This document shows positions 47,601-57,627 of a DNA stretch of 64,000 nucleotides, one piece after another. The notes beneath the pieces were generated by a model. The model had not been told where the DNA came from, searched no databases, and worked only from the letters and a program-made list of their open reading frames with translations. The stretch lies in the IMG/VR virus record IMGVR_UViG_3300046779_002065, positions 32,001 to 96,000 of that record; one strand, given 5' to 3'. The position numbers and the translations under genes are program-made. Numbering within the stretch: position 1 is the first letter of the stretch; each line of letters opens with the position of its first letter. The DNA comes from a virus.

Positions 47601-49599
47601 CTTTTGCTGTAAATCCAAATGCTTCTTTAAATGCTTGGTTATCAAATCCTTCCCCGTACGCGCGCACGGTGTCTAATAACAATGGAAGATTTCCCAATCG
47701 TTTTGCAGAATGCACCGCTTGAATCAAATCGCTCTCACGACTGTTCAAGTAGTTAAACAAATCGTTCTCTGCAGCAGCACGCTGCATTTGATCTCCGTAC
47801 GCATTATGTTCTTTTGTTTTACGGATATGCTCCTGTAACACCTTAGCATGATTGTTCATGTAGTTGTTAAAAGCTGCCACCGTCTTTGCCGTTTCTTCTT
47901 TTTGAGTACGGTATCCTTCACGGTCCTGGAGATACTCCATACCTTTAGAAGCTCGCATAATCAACGGACCGGTAACGACACCCGTCATTGCTCCCATCAT
48001 AAAGGTTTTAAGACCTTGCTTGTTCATTTGAGAGTCTACTGCTTCCTGGAATCCTTCACCCCAGGTACTTGGATCATTGTTGTAAAGATCCTGGTAATGT
48101 TTCTTCAGACCGTGTACAGTTCCCTCCTGGATATTCTCCTGAAGACCTTCCCATACACTGAACTGTTTAAACCCTGCCACCAATCCTTTACCGAACTGTG
48201 CAGCAGCTACCCGGTAACCATTGTCAAATGTTGCTGCAATCTCCGGAAGGACACCTAATCGACCCATGGTTCCTTTTGTAAAGGTTTGAGCAGTATCAAC
48301 GCCTCCGATCTTACCAGCAACGGTAATGTTATCCAATGCCTCATTTTTGAATGCACGAACAATTGCGTTATCGGGAACCATATTGCGCATGATGTTACCA
48401 AATTCAATTTTGTTCATCAATAACAATGTTCCCATATTCAGACCATACGAATCCGTAGCAGCAGTTTTTGCCAGCTCCCGCATCCGTCTGTCTTCTTCAG
48501 CATCCGGTTCTGCACCGTTTGCTTTGGAATATTCCTCGTAAAGATGGTTATACACTTCATTGTATGTACCACCCGCTTCAATAGCAGCCTCACCGGAAGC
48601 AGCCTGGAATTCACCATAAGCACGGCGAATACCACCAACACCAATAGAAGCGAGTTCACCCTTGGTCAACAGTCCGGTTTTGCCTGCCGTACGCATTATG
48701 TTACCTGTTTCTATCAATTCTCCTACTACAGGAATCTTGGTAGAAAACTTGTACAGGTTTTCTGATATTTTACTTCCAAACTGAACATCCCGGAGTTTAC
48801 CCATTTCTGAAATAATCTCCGCTTGCTGTGCCATGGTTTTAGCACGTAATATATTTTGAGCACCCAATTCAGCTGTTCTTGCTTTACCAAGTCCGCCCAA
48901 TGCTTCTCCTGCTGCAAAACCCACCTTTCGGACACCGTTTATGAATCTACCCCATCTACCTGCTTCAAATGCACTAGCAGCAGCAAGTGATGCACCACCA
49001 GCACCACCAGTAGCTCCCGTAAAAGCAGCTGCTAAAAAGTGCGTAGCAACGGTTTCTGTAGCAAGTTCCGCAAATGTACCTATGGTGTAACCCGCGTTTT
49101 GCATCATCTCACCAGCAGCTTTCATACTGAAGATGTCATCACGCTCATCGGCAGTCATGTAGATTGGATTCTCATTCTGGTTTTGCTGCTGTTCAAATTC
49201 TCCCATACGCATACCATACTCATCATCCATCATACCGTCTACACTACCGCTGAATATAGAACCAATCAATCGTGGCAACACCATTGCACTGGACGTGAAT
49301 CCGTCTTTAATACCATCCCAGGATCCTTTTGTACCATTGTACAACGCTTCCCAACCACTCTGTGCTTGAGCTGCAGCAGTTTCATTATCCGCAAATGGAT
49401 CAATCCACGGAGAGTAAATTGGACTGTTCTTGTACCTTTCTACCTTCTGTGGGTCAAAATATTCGTTTTGAAACGGATCTGACTTTACCGGGTTTGCTTG
49501 TTGGTACTGATTAAAGAATTGAGCAAATGAAGGTGCTGGTCCTGGAGAAGGAGTTGCTTGTTGATTGCCATTAAGGAGGTTTGCGAATTCGTCAGCCAT
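44695..49599 (-). CDS. Giant virion/ejected protein (1634 aa)
   Basis: Gly/Ala-rich hydrophobic N-terminal segments, EAAIEAG and EGLQENIQ motifs typical of podophage ejection proteins; directly upstream of the RNAP. Confidence 0.7.
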   Translation of the reverse strand: MADEFANLLNGNQQATPSPGPAPSFAQFFNQYQQANPVKSDPFQNEYFDPQKVERYKNSPIYSPWIDPFADNETAAAQAQSGWEALYNGTKGSWDGIKDGFTSSAMVLPRLIGSIFSGSVDGMMDDEYGMRMGEFEQQQNQNENPIYMTADERDDIFSMKAAGEMMQNAGYTIGTFAELATETVATHFLAAAFTGATGGAGGASLAAASAFEAGRWGRFINGVRKVGFAAGEALGGLGKARTAELGAQNILRAKTMAQQAEIISEMGKLRDVQFGSKISENLYKFSTKIPVVGELIETGNIMRTAGKTGLLTKGELASIGVGGIRRAYGEFQAASGEAAIEAGGTYNEVYNHLYEEYSKANGAEPDAEEDRRMRELAKTAATDSYGLNMGTLLLMNKIEFGNIMRNMVPDNAIVRAFKNEALDNITVAGKIGGVDTAQTFTKGTMGRLGVLPEIAATFDNGYRVAAAQFGKGLVAGFKQFSVWEGLQENIQEGTVHGLKKHYQDLYNNDPSTWGEGFQEAVDSQMNKQGLKTFMMGAMTGVVTGPLIMRASKGMEYLQDREGYRTQKEETAKTVAAFNNYMNNHAKVLQEHIRKTKEHNAYGDQMQRAAAENDLFNYLNSRESDLIQAVHSAKRLGNLPLLLDTVRAYGEGFDNQAFKEAFGFTAKDAGYNSPAEFTSRIASDIERYSETYDHYMKKYANFLDLGKYIKDPEKKLVSEIARASLLDAIETVSFHENKAQDAVKRRAGIQSKISQYDSIGQSVSSGFDKLTNLTELKNESMILDNEIRSLEQQEVKSEETERLIKHKKEQRKALNDWTEAIGYTVTQSKDETSTYTYNNEALRQKSSVERTKASDAFKRFLVSKNAEGRINTNVKQEDIDAAMQDIVDYMELGEENRKMVDALNMLNDPIAFNKTMDAAMAARIGAHANNMVQMIRHLALMDPVFGRLLNENEKLIKEAERFADSPMITNQAFAYLAELKGKISKALEDKKKKTENPENDKAKKSADTTDSENVNKDETGNITTSPKALEPENLQMMLDRGMDVQVVSFVNKHYIFKQIAGNRYSFQRVVDSRVPEPVVTHEGELDITENDCFNFAVKFETELFTSNTKGSVVDETILKEARKLKNLVGRQFKTEDGNTAELDEDPDGYVFIVFNPETGDVIEEIAAGDNGEVSYTKVKQDGKQWFTLIPEPGDPTEAAPGDSPSINSVNDAPAVNNEVQQLEDEKENAIRDEKQKLKWQEGKRVMYNGEAGIIQKTQDEFELYFVKLDSGLELTLGPEDSLLEEYPGLSLAPEASTDDGEVVAVDDKVFTVEFTSDDRSTVKIDGKDFTIVRSESTGEITGLAYQTKAGQRVGRNGIFKQYINAVSTSLQEMHDAIAAEEQEALAKELLDAENNSKEANAVKQISDTFPADAYLKFLFREDLTPEEVEALRNSFLNALTLKNESSVQGPLLDKLEDDINYDLNKLNSKYPPDNKPNDPTVKDKKSRKAKRKQKAASKQSSDDAGVADGKKAPRNSKAKSEPTSLQESVEQLELQFEDAKAETRVQTENKNVTPVTPVEQYTSTLDSLVTDLVTAIDEFTPLVNYVERSVETTKKSTKKSTKSRKFEVGTISTNASNTEDTNPFDSLGEAVFCKL

Positions 49600-52316
49600 T
49601 AGTTAAATATCTTGTTAATTGGAACCCAGTCACTTTTAGCTTGTGATCGTATGTTGTTATTTGCATTTGTCTTAGAAACATGCTTTGCATTTGCACGTTG
49701 TTCAACGTAAGCTTCAGCAGCGTTCTCTAACTGAACGGCTGTCTGTGGAGTAATTTCTGTAACACCTGTTGGTTCTTCTGCCGTTACGTTACCTTCCTTG
49801 TCATAGAATGTAATGTAGACTTGCCCGTCACTTAATGAGAAAGCACCGTCTACACCCTTGATACGCATATAGTCAGGGAATCGTACCGAAGAAGCACCCC
49901 GGTTTAGATTGAGTAATTCACTGGCAAAAGGATTTTCTTCTGCACTGTTTTGTGCAGTATTGATAATAGAAGAACTACCATCAGGTCTGGAGATAACACT
50001 TCCATCCTGACCAACCACAAGTTTGTTGTTAAATCCAAGTTGCGCTGCTTTAGATGCTGGCACCATGAATGTAATAGAACTCGAGATTCCCGCTTTTTCT
50101 ATCACTTCTTTTGGTAAACCAAACGTACCTAATGCAAGATTTCCTTTTTCACCACTGCGTTTTAATGGAATAGTTACACGGATCATCGGTTTACCCTTAT
50201 AACGATCTCCCGGAGTAATACTGACGTTTGCATCTACAGAGTTGATCAGGTTTTGATCACCCATATGTCCCATCACATTCTTTACCGCCTGAGCAGTTGT
50301 TTGGTCAAATTCATTGAACTTTCCAGTAGCATCAAAATATCCGATGTTATCTGCTTGCTGTACGGTACGAGTAACATGGGACATACCGCTCTTTTCAGGA
50401 TTAACATTATAGGTTAATGTTGGTAATTTGTCACCCGCTGCATTTGTGTATTTTTCTCTATTGGGAACAATAGTGCTTAATACCGGATCGCTTACATGGT
50501 TACCTACACGTACCCATCTACCGTTAGCTTCCTGTTTGAAGTGTTCCGGATGTGAGCGTGCATGCGCCGCTAAAGTCTTTTGTTCTTCGATGTATAATTT
50601 ATTTGCTTCCGCCATCATACGCATACCCTTGCTTAAGTTGCTGGTAGCGTTTTTATAAAGAGGATGATCTTCGTTTTGTTTTACTTCACTGTTGATGATT
50701 TGCTGAACCTGGTCAAAGCTTCTGAACTTTTGTCCAACGGTTTTGTCAGTGAACTCGTTAAGCACATTTATAGTTTCTTTTGATAATGGTTTTCCACGGT
50801 AAAAATTTAATTCTGCCTCGCGAATTGCATTCTGCAAAACACCTAAAGATCCTCCGGGAATTTTACCGCTGACTTTGCTACCTTCTGTAGGAAGATTCAA
50901 CGCTACAGCCAAAACATCACGAGATGTCATTGCTTTAGCACTTTCACCTACTTTAGTCGTGATGTCCGTTTCATATACTTCCATTGGAGTAGCGTTCTCG
51001 GTGGCGTATTCATTAACCCCTTGAGTAAGCATTCCCTGCGCATCAATCATTTTCTCCTGGATCTTTTCACTCATACGGTATCGGTGTTCCAATGCAGCCT
51101 TACGCAAGTCATGTTCAAACTGTCTAGCCTGACGCGCGTTTTGTTGAGACTGCTGATACATTTCCAGTTTTACCTGGTCAGGACGTATTTCGGTCTCGCT
51201 GTGTACATCTGCATAAGAGTCTGCCCATTTCCTGGAGTCAGAGTTACGCATCAGATTTGCCTGGTAACCGTATGGATTACGTACATAGTTTTGTACAACT
51301 TCTTGTACAGCTTCAGAGTACGCTTCCGGACGTTTCTTTGCATCATCGAGTTTACTTTGCAATGCTTTACGACGCTCTGCAATCATTGCCAGTTGATCAG
51401 CTACTTCCGGGGGTACAGTGTTTCCGTACTTGTTGATAGCCGAGTTTTTAAGTTTGTCAATCTGAGCAATGTTATAGGATAAACTTTTGGTATAGTTCTC
51501 GTGACTCTTGTAGATCTCCGGTAAGGATTGTCTCCCAAGTTGTTCCAACGCCTGGTCTCTGGTAAATCCAGGAGTAGTTTGCAATTGCTGGTCAACCATC
51601 TTGTCCACCATAACAGAAGCAGCTCGGTTGTAGTATTCACCGTATTGACCGCTTCCCAGTAAACCGGACGCCCATTCAGTAAAGTCTTTCTTAGCACCTT
51701 CACCGTTTTTCTGCTTGACAATGTACATTCCACTACCTTGTTCTCTGGTAATGACAAGTCCCTGTTCTTTTGCTTGCGCGTTGAGATAACTCATCGGATC
51801 CTCAATTGCCAGGTAATTTCGTACACCGTGATTAGGAATGTCATCAAACTTTGCTTTTTTCAATTCCTGCGCACCTCGCATTACATACTCCTCCATGAGA
51901 GGATTATACAGCTTACGAACTTTTTCATCCGTGCTGTTTTTGTAACCGTTGATTTGCTGCGCTTGTTGCTGATACTGACGGGTGTAGTTCATATCTGCTA
52001 TAAAAGATTTGTTTTCCACAAGTGGATCAAAACTTGACATAGCATTGCTGACGTTGCTGGAAACACTTAAATCAACATGTGCATATTGCTTAAGCTGTTC
52101 GTTATTTTTTTGAAACCACATCTGACGCATTTTCTCTGTCTCTGGATTAGTGACAGGAGAATTCAGCAAAGAGCTGTACATCGTACGTAGTTTGTTGAAA
52201 CCGACGTTGTATCGTTGAGTGAGCGCACCGAGTGCTGTTGACATCAGCTGGTAATTCGGTGCAGCGTAATCTATCTCAGGAAACAAGTCCGTGGAGTTCT
52301 GTAAGTAGGTTGCCAT
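49599..52316 (-). CDS. Putative virion cargo/structural protein (905 aa)
   Basis: Long helical ORF coupled to the ejection-protein operon. Confidence 0.65.
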   Translation of the reverse strand: MATYLQNSTDLFPEIDYAAPNYQLMSTALGALTQRYNVGFNKLRTMYSSLLNSPVTNPETEKMRQMWFQKNNEQLKQYAHVDLSVSSNVSNAMSSFDPLVENKSFIADMNYTRQYQQQAQQINGYKNSTDEKVRKLYNPLMEEYVMRGAQELKKAKFDDIPNHGVRNYLAIEDPMSYLNAQAKEQGLVITREQGSGMYIVKQKNGEGAKKDFTEWASGLLGSGQYGEYYNRAASVMVDKMVDQQLQTTPGFTRDQALEQLGRQSLPEIYKSHENYTKSLSYNIAQIDKLKNSAINKYGNTVPPEVADQLAMIAERRKALQSKLDDAKKRPEAYSEAVQEVVQNYVRNPYGYQANLMRNSDSRKWADSYADVHSETEIRPDQVKLEMYQQSQQNARQARQFEHDLRKAALEHRYRMSEKIQEKMIDAQGMLTQGVNEYATENATPMEVYETDITTKVGESAKAMTSRDVLAVALNLPTEGSKVSGKIPGGSLGVLQNAIREAELNFYRGKPLSKETINVLNEFTDKTVGQKFRSFDQVQQIINSEVKQNEDHPLYKNATSNLSKGMRMMAEANKLYIEEQKTLAAHARSHPEHFKQEANGRWVRVGNHVSDPVLSTIVPNREKYTNAAGDKLPTLTYNVNPEKSGMSHVTRTVQQADNIGYFDATGKFNEFDQTTAQAVKNVMGHMGDQNLINSVDANVSITPGDRYKGKPMIRVTIPLKRSGEKGNLALGTFGLPKEVIEKAGISSSITFMVPASKAAQLGFNNKLVVGQDGSVISRPDGSSSIINTAQNSAEENPFASELLNLNRGASSVRFPDYMRIKGVDGAFSLSDGQVYITFYDKEGNVTAEEPTGVTEITPQTAVQLENAAEAYVEQRANAKHVSKTNANNNIRSQAKSDWVPINKIFN

Positions 52317-52356
52317 GGGTACACTTATAATTTACAAAAAAAACTTTAAAAATTTA

Positions 52357-52378
52357 TAAACTTCTAAAGTTTAAACTT
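52357..52378. repeat. 22-bp palindrome-containing element, copy A
   Basis: taaacttctaaagtttaaactt; 20/22 identical to 55586-55607. Confidence 0.6.
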
Positions 52379-55300
52379 ATTCATACGGAGTATAACCTCC
52401 TGTCATACCCGCAAGTGCTGCTTGTGGGTTTTGCTGTAAGTACGCACGACGACTAATATTGGACGATTGATGATTACGGTTCATTTCATCTTTAGCAAAT
52501 GCAGCAGCTTGTTTGGTTGCTTCATCCGGACTCATACCGCTGCTCATTAACTGCGATTTATATTTTTCAATAATATCTTTGAGCTGACCAGTACTTGCTG
52601 TTGGTTGCGTTTGAAACGTACCTTCAGTAAAATCTTCTCCGTCAATAAAAGCATTTGCTCCGGTAACAGAGTTGATATCATACATCGGATAGATTGCACG
52701 CATCATGTTTCTGTTTTGTAATCCCTGGAATGCATTGTTAAATGAGTTAGTAATCATTGTACGCTGCTTGTTAGAACTGTTGACAAGGTTCTGTCCGTAG
52801 TTCATTGTCTCATCGTAGAACTGTTTACGCATTGCAGTATTCTTACCGTTCACATCATTTCTCATGTGAGCACGGTCTGCTGCAACAGCGTTGGTAGTAT
52901 TGACGTTACGATTCTGAATATTAGCAATCTCATTAAGACCCGCTTGTCCAAGCTGACCAGCAACCGCTGCAATGTTTGCACGGGCAGTAGTAGGATCCGC
53001 AGACGCATTGATGTTACTCATGGCAAGAGACGCATCACTTTGCAACGACGCATTCTTTGCACTATACTCTTCAAGCTGTGGATCGTAGGTAGCACCATTC
53101 ATTTGAAACATTGCTGGTTCACCATAGAATCGATCCATGTTCATAGCATTTGCTATACCTAGTTTATGCTGAATCCAAAAGTCATTGTCTTGAGGTTTTT
53201 GTTCAGGGGTAGTAGTATTGGTCTTACCAGCACAAGCGGTTTGACAAGCTGATAGACTGGTAAAATCAGACGCTGAAACAGCTTGATCTGCGGGAATCTG
53301 TACCGGTTGACAATCAGGACAACGATAAACAGTTTGTGGTCCAGGAGGTTTCTTGCCAATATTGATGGTAGGACGAGACCAAGTGTAGCGACCAAACAAA
53401 CCGTCTTTTGCGTTTGGATCTTTACTATCAGCTATAAATCCAAACTTGTTTACATAACCTGTAGCTTCTTCTGGACTATATCCCGCTTTAGTTGCCTGAT
53501 TGTAAATATCATCATTGTACCAATTTTGGAATACACCAGAATCTTTTTTAGGATTGAAATTAGGATTTGCTGCAACGAATCGTGCATGACGTTTCTTAAA
53601 ATCACCAGAATTCTTATCATTCCAGTAATTTTGTGTACCATAAGTTCCACTGTCACCACGAGCACCCTGACGACCCTCGGTCATATCAGATCCAAAATTT
53701 GAAGCAAGTGATTCAGGTAAGGTAACATCAATACCATTCTTTTTCCAATCTTCTACATCTTTTGCACTGTATGTTTGGTAGTCATTTTCAATCTTGTGAC
53801 TACTAACTACTTCGTTCTTTTCATCGTAGATAGTAACCGTGTTACCTTTGGTAACTTCTTTCCTTTTTTTACCGTCTTTGGTTTTATAGCTGTTCACATA
53901 TTCTTTTTCACCAGTACCTCCACCATCGGCAAATACGGGAACCATCTTCCGTTGTACAGCGTCGTACTTGTATTTAGGTTGTTCGTACGCTCCACCATCC
54001 TGGAAGAGTTCACCACCCATTGCTTTATCTTGAAGTTGTTCTAATCTCCATTTTAAATACTCTTCATCACTCTCGTAAATTCTTTCTTTACTTTGTTGAG
54101 CTTTCAGTCTTGGAGGTGTTCCGCTAGTTTGCTGTCTTACGTTACCGGTAGCTTTCTGAATGTTTGGTTGTTTTCTTTCAGTTTTGTTTTCAGAGTAACC
54201 AGCTGGAGTCTCACTGTTTATCGATATTTGCAGAGGATTGCCACTAGCATCATATACCGTTCTAGTTGCTCCCATTGATGCATTCGCTTCGGTTGTTGTA
54301 CCAGCTTGTGTAAATGGTACAACACTACCGTCTTTATTTACTAGACCTAATTGGTTCTTTTTGTAATAAGACGTAATGAGCTTTTTGTTTAAGTATTGAG
54401 TTTTACCAGCCGAGTCAGTAACTTTAATTACCGGTTCTCCTGCTGCTCCTTCCAACATTGCATCGACTACTTTATACTTTTGACTACCTGCTACAAATTC
54501 GGTACCTGGTGCAAACTGTAATCGATTGTTATTTTCTACTCCTAGAAGTGCAGCTTTGTGATTAAGGTCTTTTGCCGGAGTACTTCCGAAAAACATCGGT
54601 TGTATCTTTTTATAACTGACTTCATTTAAAAAATTGTTGTTTGCAAATGGAATTGGAGGACCACCTGGAATAGACGGTAAATACTCTTTTTCAGTTCCAA
54701 CAACACTTTTGTATGGTGAACTGCTTCCAAAATGTTTCTTAAAATCATTTAACGGAATCTTACTTACACCATTAATAGGTTTTTCTAAATGAACGTAGTT
54801 GTCATCTATCCAATTGTCATCAATGGATTTAATCTTTGCTTTTTGAGATCCTACGTAGAACTGAAATCCAGGAACAAGTAATGGAGATCCGCCACCTGTT
54901 TGCATTTTTGTCATCCCACCGTACGCCATTTCAAGTTCATCCATCATTGCAGGATCGGTTTGTCCCATCATTTCCGGATTCATCTGTGGAGGCATTGCTG
55001 CCTGAGACATTTGTGCACCACCATCTGGTAGCATTTGCTCAGACACAGCAGGCGGTTGCTTACCTTTCATTCCTTCCTGGTATGCCGCAAGTTCAGAAAG
55101 CTTTTGCATGTTGTTGTTCAACATACGCTCTGCGGTACGACGAGTAAACGGATCCGTTTGTGGATCGTTCACTTTCTTCATAAAATCGTTTAACTGGTAT
55201 TGCTTTGCAATTTGAGCAGGAGTGTACCCTCCGGCTTTACCACCCATACCGAAATGTTTAAGAACCTCCGGGTCCTTAATTTTCATTTTCTTGGTATCAG

Positions 55301-55583
55301 AGAAGATAAAACTACCTCCAGGTACATTCAATGGAACACCCCCTTGTGTATGTCTTTTCCCGGTAATAGTCATGTGCTCGATGTTTCCATCGTTGTTGAT
55401 ATCACCTAATATAGTTTCACCACCCTCAGCTTCAATGTTTGCCATGTGGCGAGGTACAGCACCCATAGTATTTCTAGCTGCATTTGGGTCTTCTGAATTT
55501 GACGGAGACCATGGACGGTGGGTAGTTAACGAGTAATCGCGTTGATCACCGGTACGAGGGGTTTTCTTGATACGGACTTTCAT
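52377..55583 (-). CDS. crAss-like cargo/structural protein (1068 aa), modular
   Basis: ANIEAEGGETI...GKRHTQGGVPLNVPGGSFIFSD N-terminal module; several xxxGG linkers; CPDC...CQTAC cluster. Confidence 0.7.
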   Translation of the reverse strand: MKVRIKKTPRTGDQRDYSLTTHRPWSPSNSEDPNAARNTMGAVPRHMANIEAEGGETILGDINNDGNIEHMTITGKRHTQGGVPLNVPGGSFIFSDTKKMKIKDPEVLKHFGMGGKAGGYTPAQIAKQYQLNDFMKKVNDPQTDPFTRRTAERMLNNNMQKLSELAAYQEGMKGKQPPAVSEQMLPDGGAQMSQAAMPPQMNPEMMGQTDPAMMDELEMAYGGMTKMQTGGGSPLLVPGFQFYVGSQKAKIKSIDDNWIDDNYVHLEKPINGVSKIPLNDFKKHFGSSSPYKSVVGTEKEYLPSIPGGPPIPFANNNFLNEVSYKKIQPMFFGSTPAKDLNHKAALLGVENNNRLQFAPGTEFVAGSQKYKVVDAMLEGAAGEPVIKVTDSAGKTQYLNKKLITSYYKKNQLGLVNKDGSVVPFTQAGTTTEANASMGATRTVYDASGNPLQISINSETPAGYSENKTERKQPNIQKATGNVRQQTSGTPPRLKAQQSKERIYESDEEYLKWRLEQLQDKAMGGELFQDGGAYEQPKYKYDAVQRKMVPVFADGGGTGEKEYVNSYKTKDGKKRKEVTKGNTVTIYDEKNEVVSSHKIENDYQTYSAKDVEDWKKNGIDVTLPESLASNFGSDMTEGRQGARGDSGTYGTQNYWNDKNSGDFKKRHARFVAANPNFNPKKDSGVFQNWYNDDIYNQATKAGYSPEEATGYVNKFGFIADSKDPNAKDGLFGRYTWSRPTINIGKKPPGPQTVYRCPDCQPVQIPADQAVSASDFTSLSACQTACAGKTNTTTPEQKPQDNDFWIQHKLGIANAMNMDRFYGEPAMFQMNGATYDPQLEEYSAKNASLQSDASLAMSNINASADPTTARANIAAVAGQLGQAGLNEIANIQNRNVNTTNAVAADRAHMRNDVNGKNTAMRKQFYDETMNYGQNLVNSSNKQRTMITNSFNNAFQGLQNRNMMRAIYPMYDINSVTGANAFIDGEDFTEGTFQTQPTASTGQLKDIIEKYKSQLMSSGMSPDEATKQAAAFAKDEMNRNHQSSNISRRAYLQQNPQAALAGMTGGYTPYE

Positions 55584-55585
55584 AA

Positions 55586-55607
55586 TAAACTTTAAAAGTT
55601 TAAACTT
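55586..55607. repeat. 22-bp palindrome-containing element, copy B
   Basis: taaactttaaaagtttaaactt, 2 nt upstream of ATG 55583. Confidence 0.6.
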
Positions 55608-55658
55608 GTTTTGCAGGGGTACTAATAGAATTTACGGATAAATTGTTAGGATTCCTAA

Positions 55659-57626
55659 TTACATGAACTCAACTTCGCCACCTGCAGCAAGGATCTGTTG
55701 AATTTCTTCTTCGGTTAAATCATATTCACCACCTTCTTCAAATTGACTCTGCATTTGCATACCAGTGTATTGAACAGGAGTGTAGAGGTTTGGAGCTTGT
55801 GTTTGTCCAGGACCGGTGTTAAGCGTATCGTAACCCATCGGCATCCAGTTGGTATCATCAGGTTGGTAAGCAAAGTCTGACATACCCGCTTTGACAGCAT
55901 TTTCACGTACAGACTTCATTCCTTGCTTGAAACCAAGTGCATTGTTAAACATACTGATACCGGCATTTGCACCTAAAGTGCGGTTTAATCCACCTTCCAG
56001 GTCAACAGCTAATCTGCTTTTTCCAACGTAGACAGGGTTTCCGTTTTGAGTATAGTCGGTAGGTTGAGGAGGTTGAGGGGTTGTTCCAGGAACTTGCATT
56101 CCACCACCAGCTTTAATCATTCCCCCATACGCTGCAGTACGATTTAAGTCAACAGCATTTGTATTCATTGGAGGAACAATCGGAGGTTGTGCAGGAGGAT
56201 TGACAGTGTTAGCAGCTTTACGTTGCGCTTCTTGTTGTACACTCTCCTGGTTTAAAGCAGCAGCATTTTTTGGATCACTCCAATTCATTGTATTACCTGT
56301 CGCATTTGGATTAGTGTTTACTTCAGGTGTTGCATCAGGTTTGCGCGCTTTAAATCCTCTCCAGACATTATCTAAACCGGTTGCTATACCGCTGACACCA
56401 GCAAGCGCACCAAGACCCATTTTCAGATAACCACTCAAACCGTTATCACTCATCATTCCAATAGCAGGATTGTAGAGCGGCATAGTTGCCAGGTCACTGA
56501 TGTTTTTATACATCTTGTTACCAATCATCTGGTGCTTTGCTACTTCCTGCATCTTGTACTGACCAGGACCAAGTGTAGATGGACCGGTAGGTTTTGGAGC
56601 AGCTGGTGCAGGAGTACCTTTCTCAAAGTTGGATTTCGCCAGGTTTTCCGCTGTAGGTTGCCAAGCGTATGGTTGACTTGCTTTTGAACCTTTACCTGTC
56701 ATATCAATAGAAGAACCAGAAGTAGGAGCTGCACCTGTGAAATTTGTTTTACCTACTTCATTGTCAGCAACACGCATAGTACCCGGTGCAGCATTTGGAT
56801 CAAACGGTGTAGCAGATACCGGAGATCCACCTGTAAAATTTGTTTTTCCAGCTAAATTGTCAGCAACATGTATAGGAGCAGGAGCTGCGTTTGGATCAAA
56901 TGTTGCCCCTGTTACTGGGAAGTTACCAGTAAGGTTAGGTTGACCCAGTGTAGGATCTGGAACTTTAATTGTTGGTTGTGGAGCAGGACCTTGCATCTTT
57001 TTGATGACCTGTGGATTGTTATACCAGTTGTTTTGAGTCATCGTAGGACCAGCAAACTGAAACTCAGGTAGCATTGGTCCACCATTTTCCAATTTTGGAA
57101 ATCCTGCTGCTTTCCATTTATCATAACCACCTGGTCCGTATTTTGTGAAAAGCTTTTGTGTATCTGAAGTGCTTAGATTTAATATCCCTTCTCTTTTAGT
57201 TTGGTTGTCATCTGCAACTTTTTTACCTAATGTTTTTTCGGTTACATAATCTAATGCTGCTGGCAAAGCTTTACCTGCAAAACCAGGAGCAGCCATACCA
57301 ATAATTCCCTGATTCATCTGAGTTTTATTGCCTGTTGCAGCACCGTGAACAATATCGTAACCATCAATGATATCATTGATTCCAGGTACCATTGAGGGAA
57401 CAATAGGTAACAAAGTCCGAGGTTCCGATGCAGGTCCACCATTTTGCATGATGTTTGTCTGGATAAAACGCGGTTGATTGTAGAACGCATTTAAGTCTAC
57501 AGCACCACCGTGCTTCATCTGCATCGCTTCAGGATGTGCTGTGAAAAAAGCTTCCTCTGTAGGATACTTTTTATAAAATTCGCTTTCGGATGTTACACCC
57601 GCTATTTTTAAGAATTGTGCTTTCAT
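55659..57626 (-). CDS. Low-complexity modular virion protein (655 aa)
   Basis: Pro/Gly/Asn-rich; internal ~32-aa repeats; MKHGG, MQNGG, LENGG and FEEGG linkers. Confidence 0.7.
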   Translation of the reverse strand: MKAQFLKIAGVTSESEFYKKYPTEEAFFTAHPEAMQMKHGGAVDLNAFYNQPRFIQTNIMQNGGPASEPRTLLPIVPSMVPGINDIIDGYDIVHGAATGNKTQMNQGIIGMAAPGFAGKALPAALDYVTEKTLGKKVADDNQTKREGILNLSTSDTQKLFTKYGPGGYDKWKAAGFPKLENGGPMLPEFQFAGPTMTQNNWYNNPQVIKKMQGPAPQPTIKVPDPTLGQPNLTGNFPVTGATFDPNAAPAPIHVADNLAGKTNFTGGSPVSATPFDPNAAPGTMRVADNEVGKTNFTGAAPTSGSSIDMTGKGSKASQPYAWQPTAENLAKSNFEKGTPAPAAPKPTGPSTLGPGQYKMQEVAKHQMIGNKMYKNISDLATMPLYNPAIGMMSDNGLSGYLKMGLGALAGVSGIATGLDNVWRGFKARKPDATPEVNTNPNATGNTMNWSDPKNAAALNQESVQQEAQRKAANTVNPPAQPPIVPPMNTNAVDLNRTAAYGGMIKAGGGMQVPGTTPQPPQPTDYTQNGNPVYVGKSRLAVDLEGGLNRTLGANAGISMFNNALGFKQGMKSVRENAVKAGMSDFAYQPDDTNWMPMGYDTLNTGPGQTQAPNLYTPVQYTGMQMQSQFEEGGEYDLTEEEIQQILAAGGEVEFM

Positions 57627-57627
57627 G

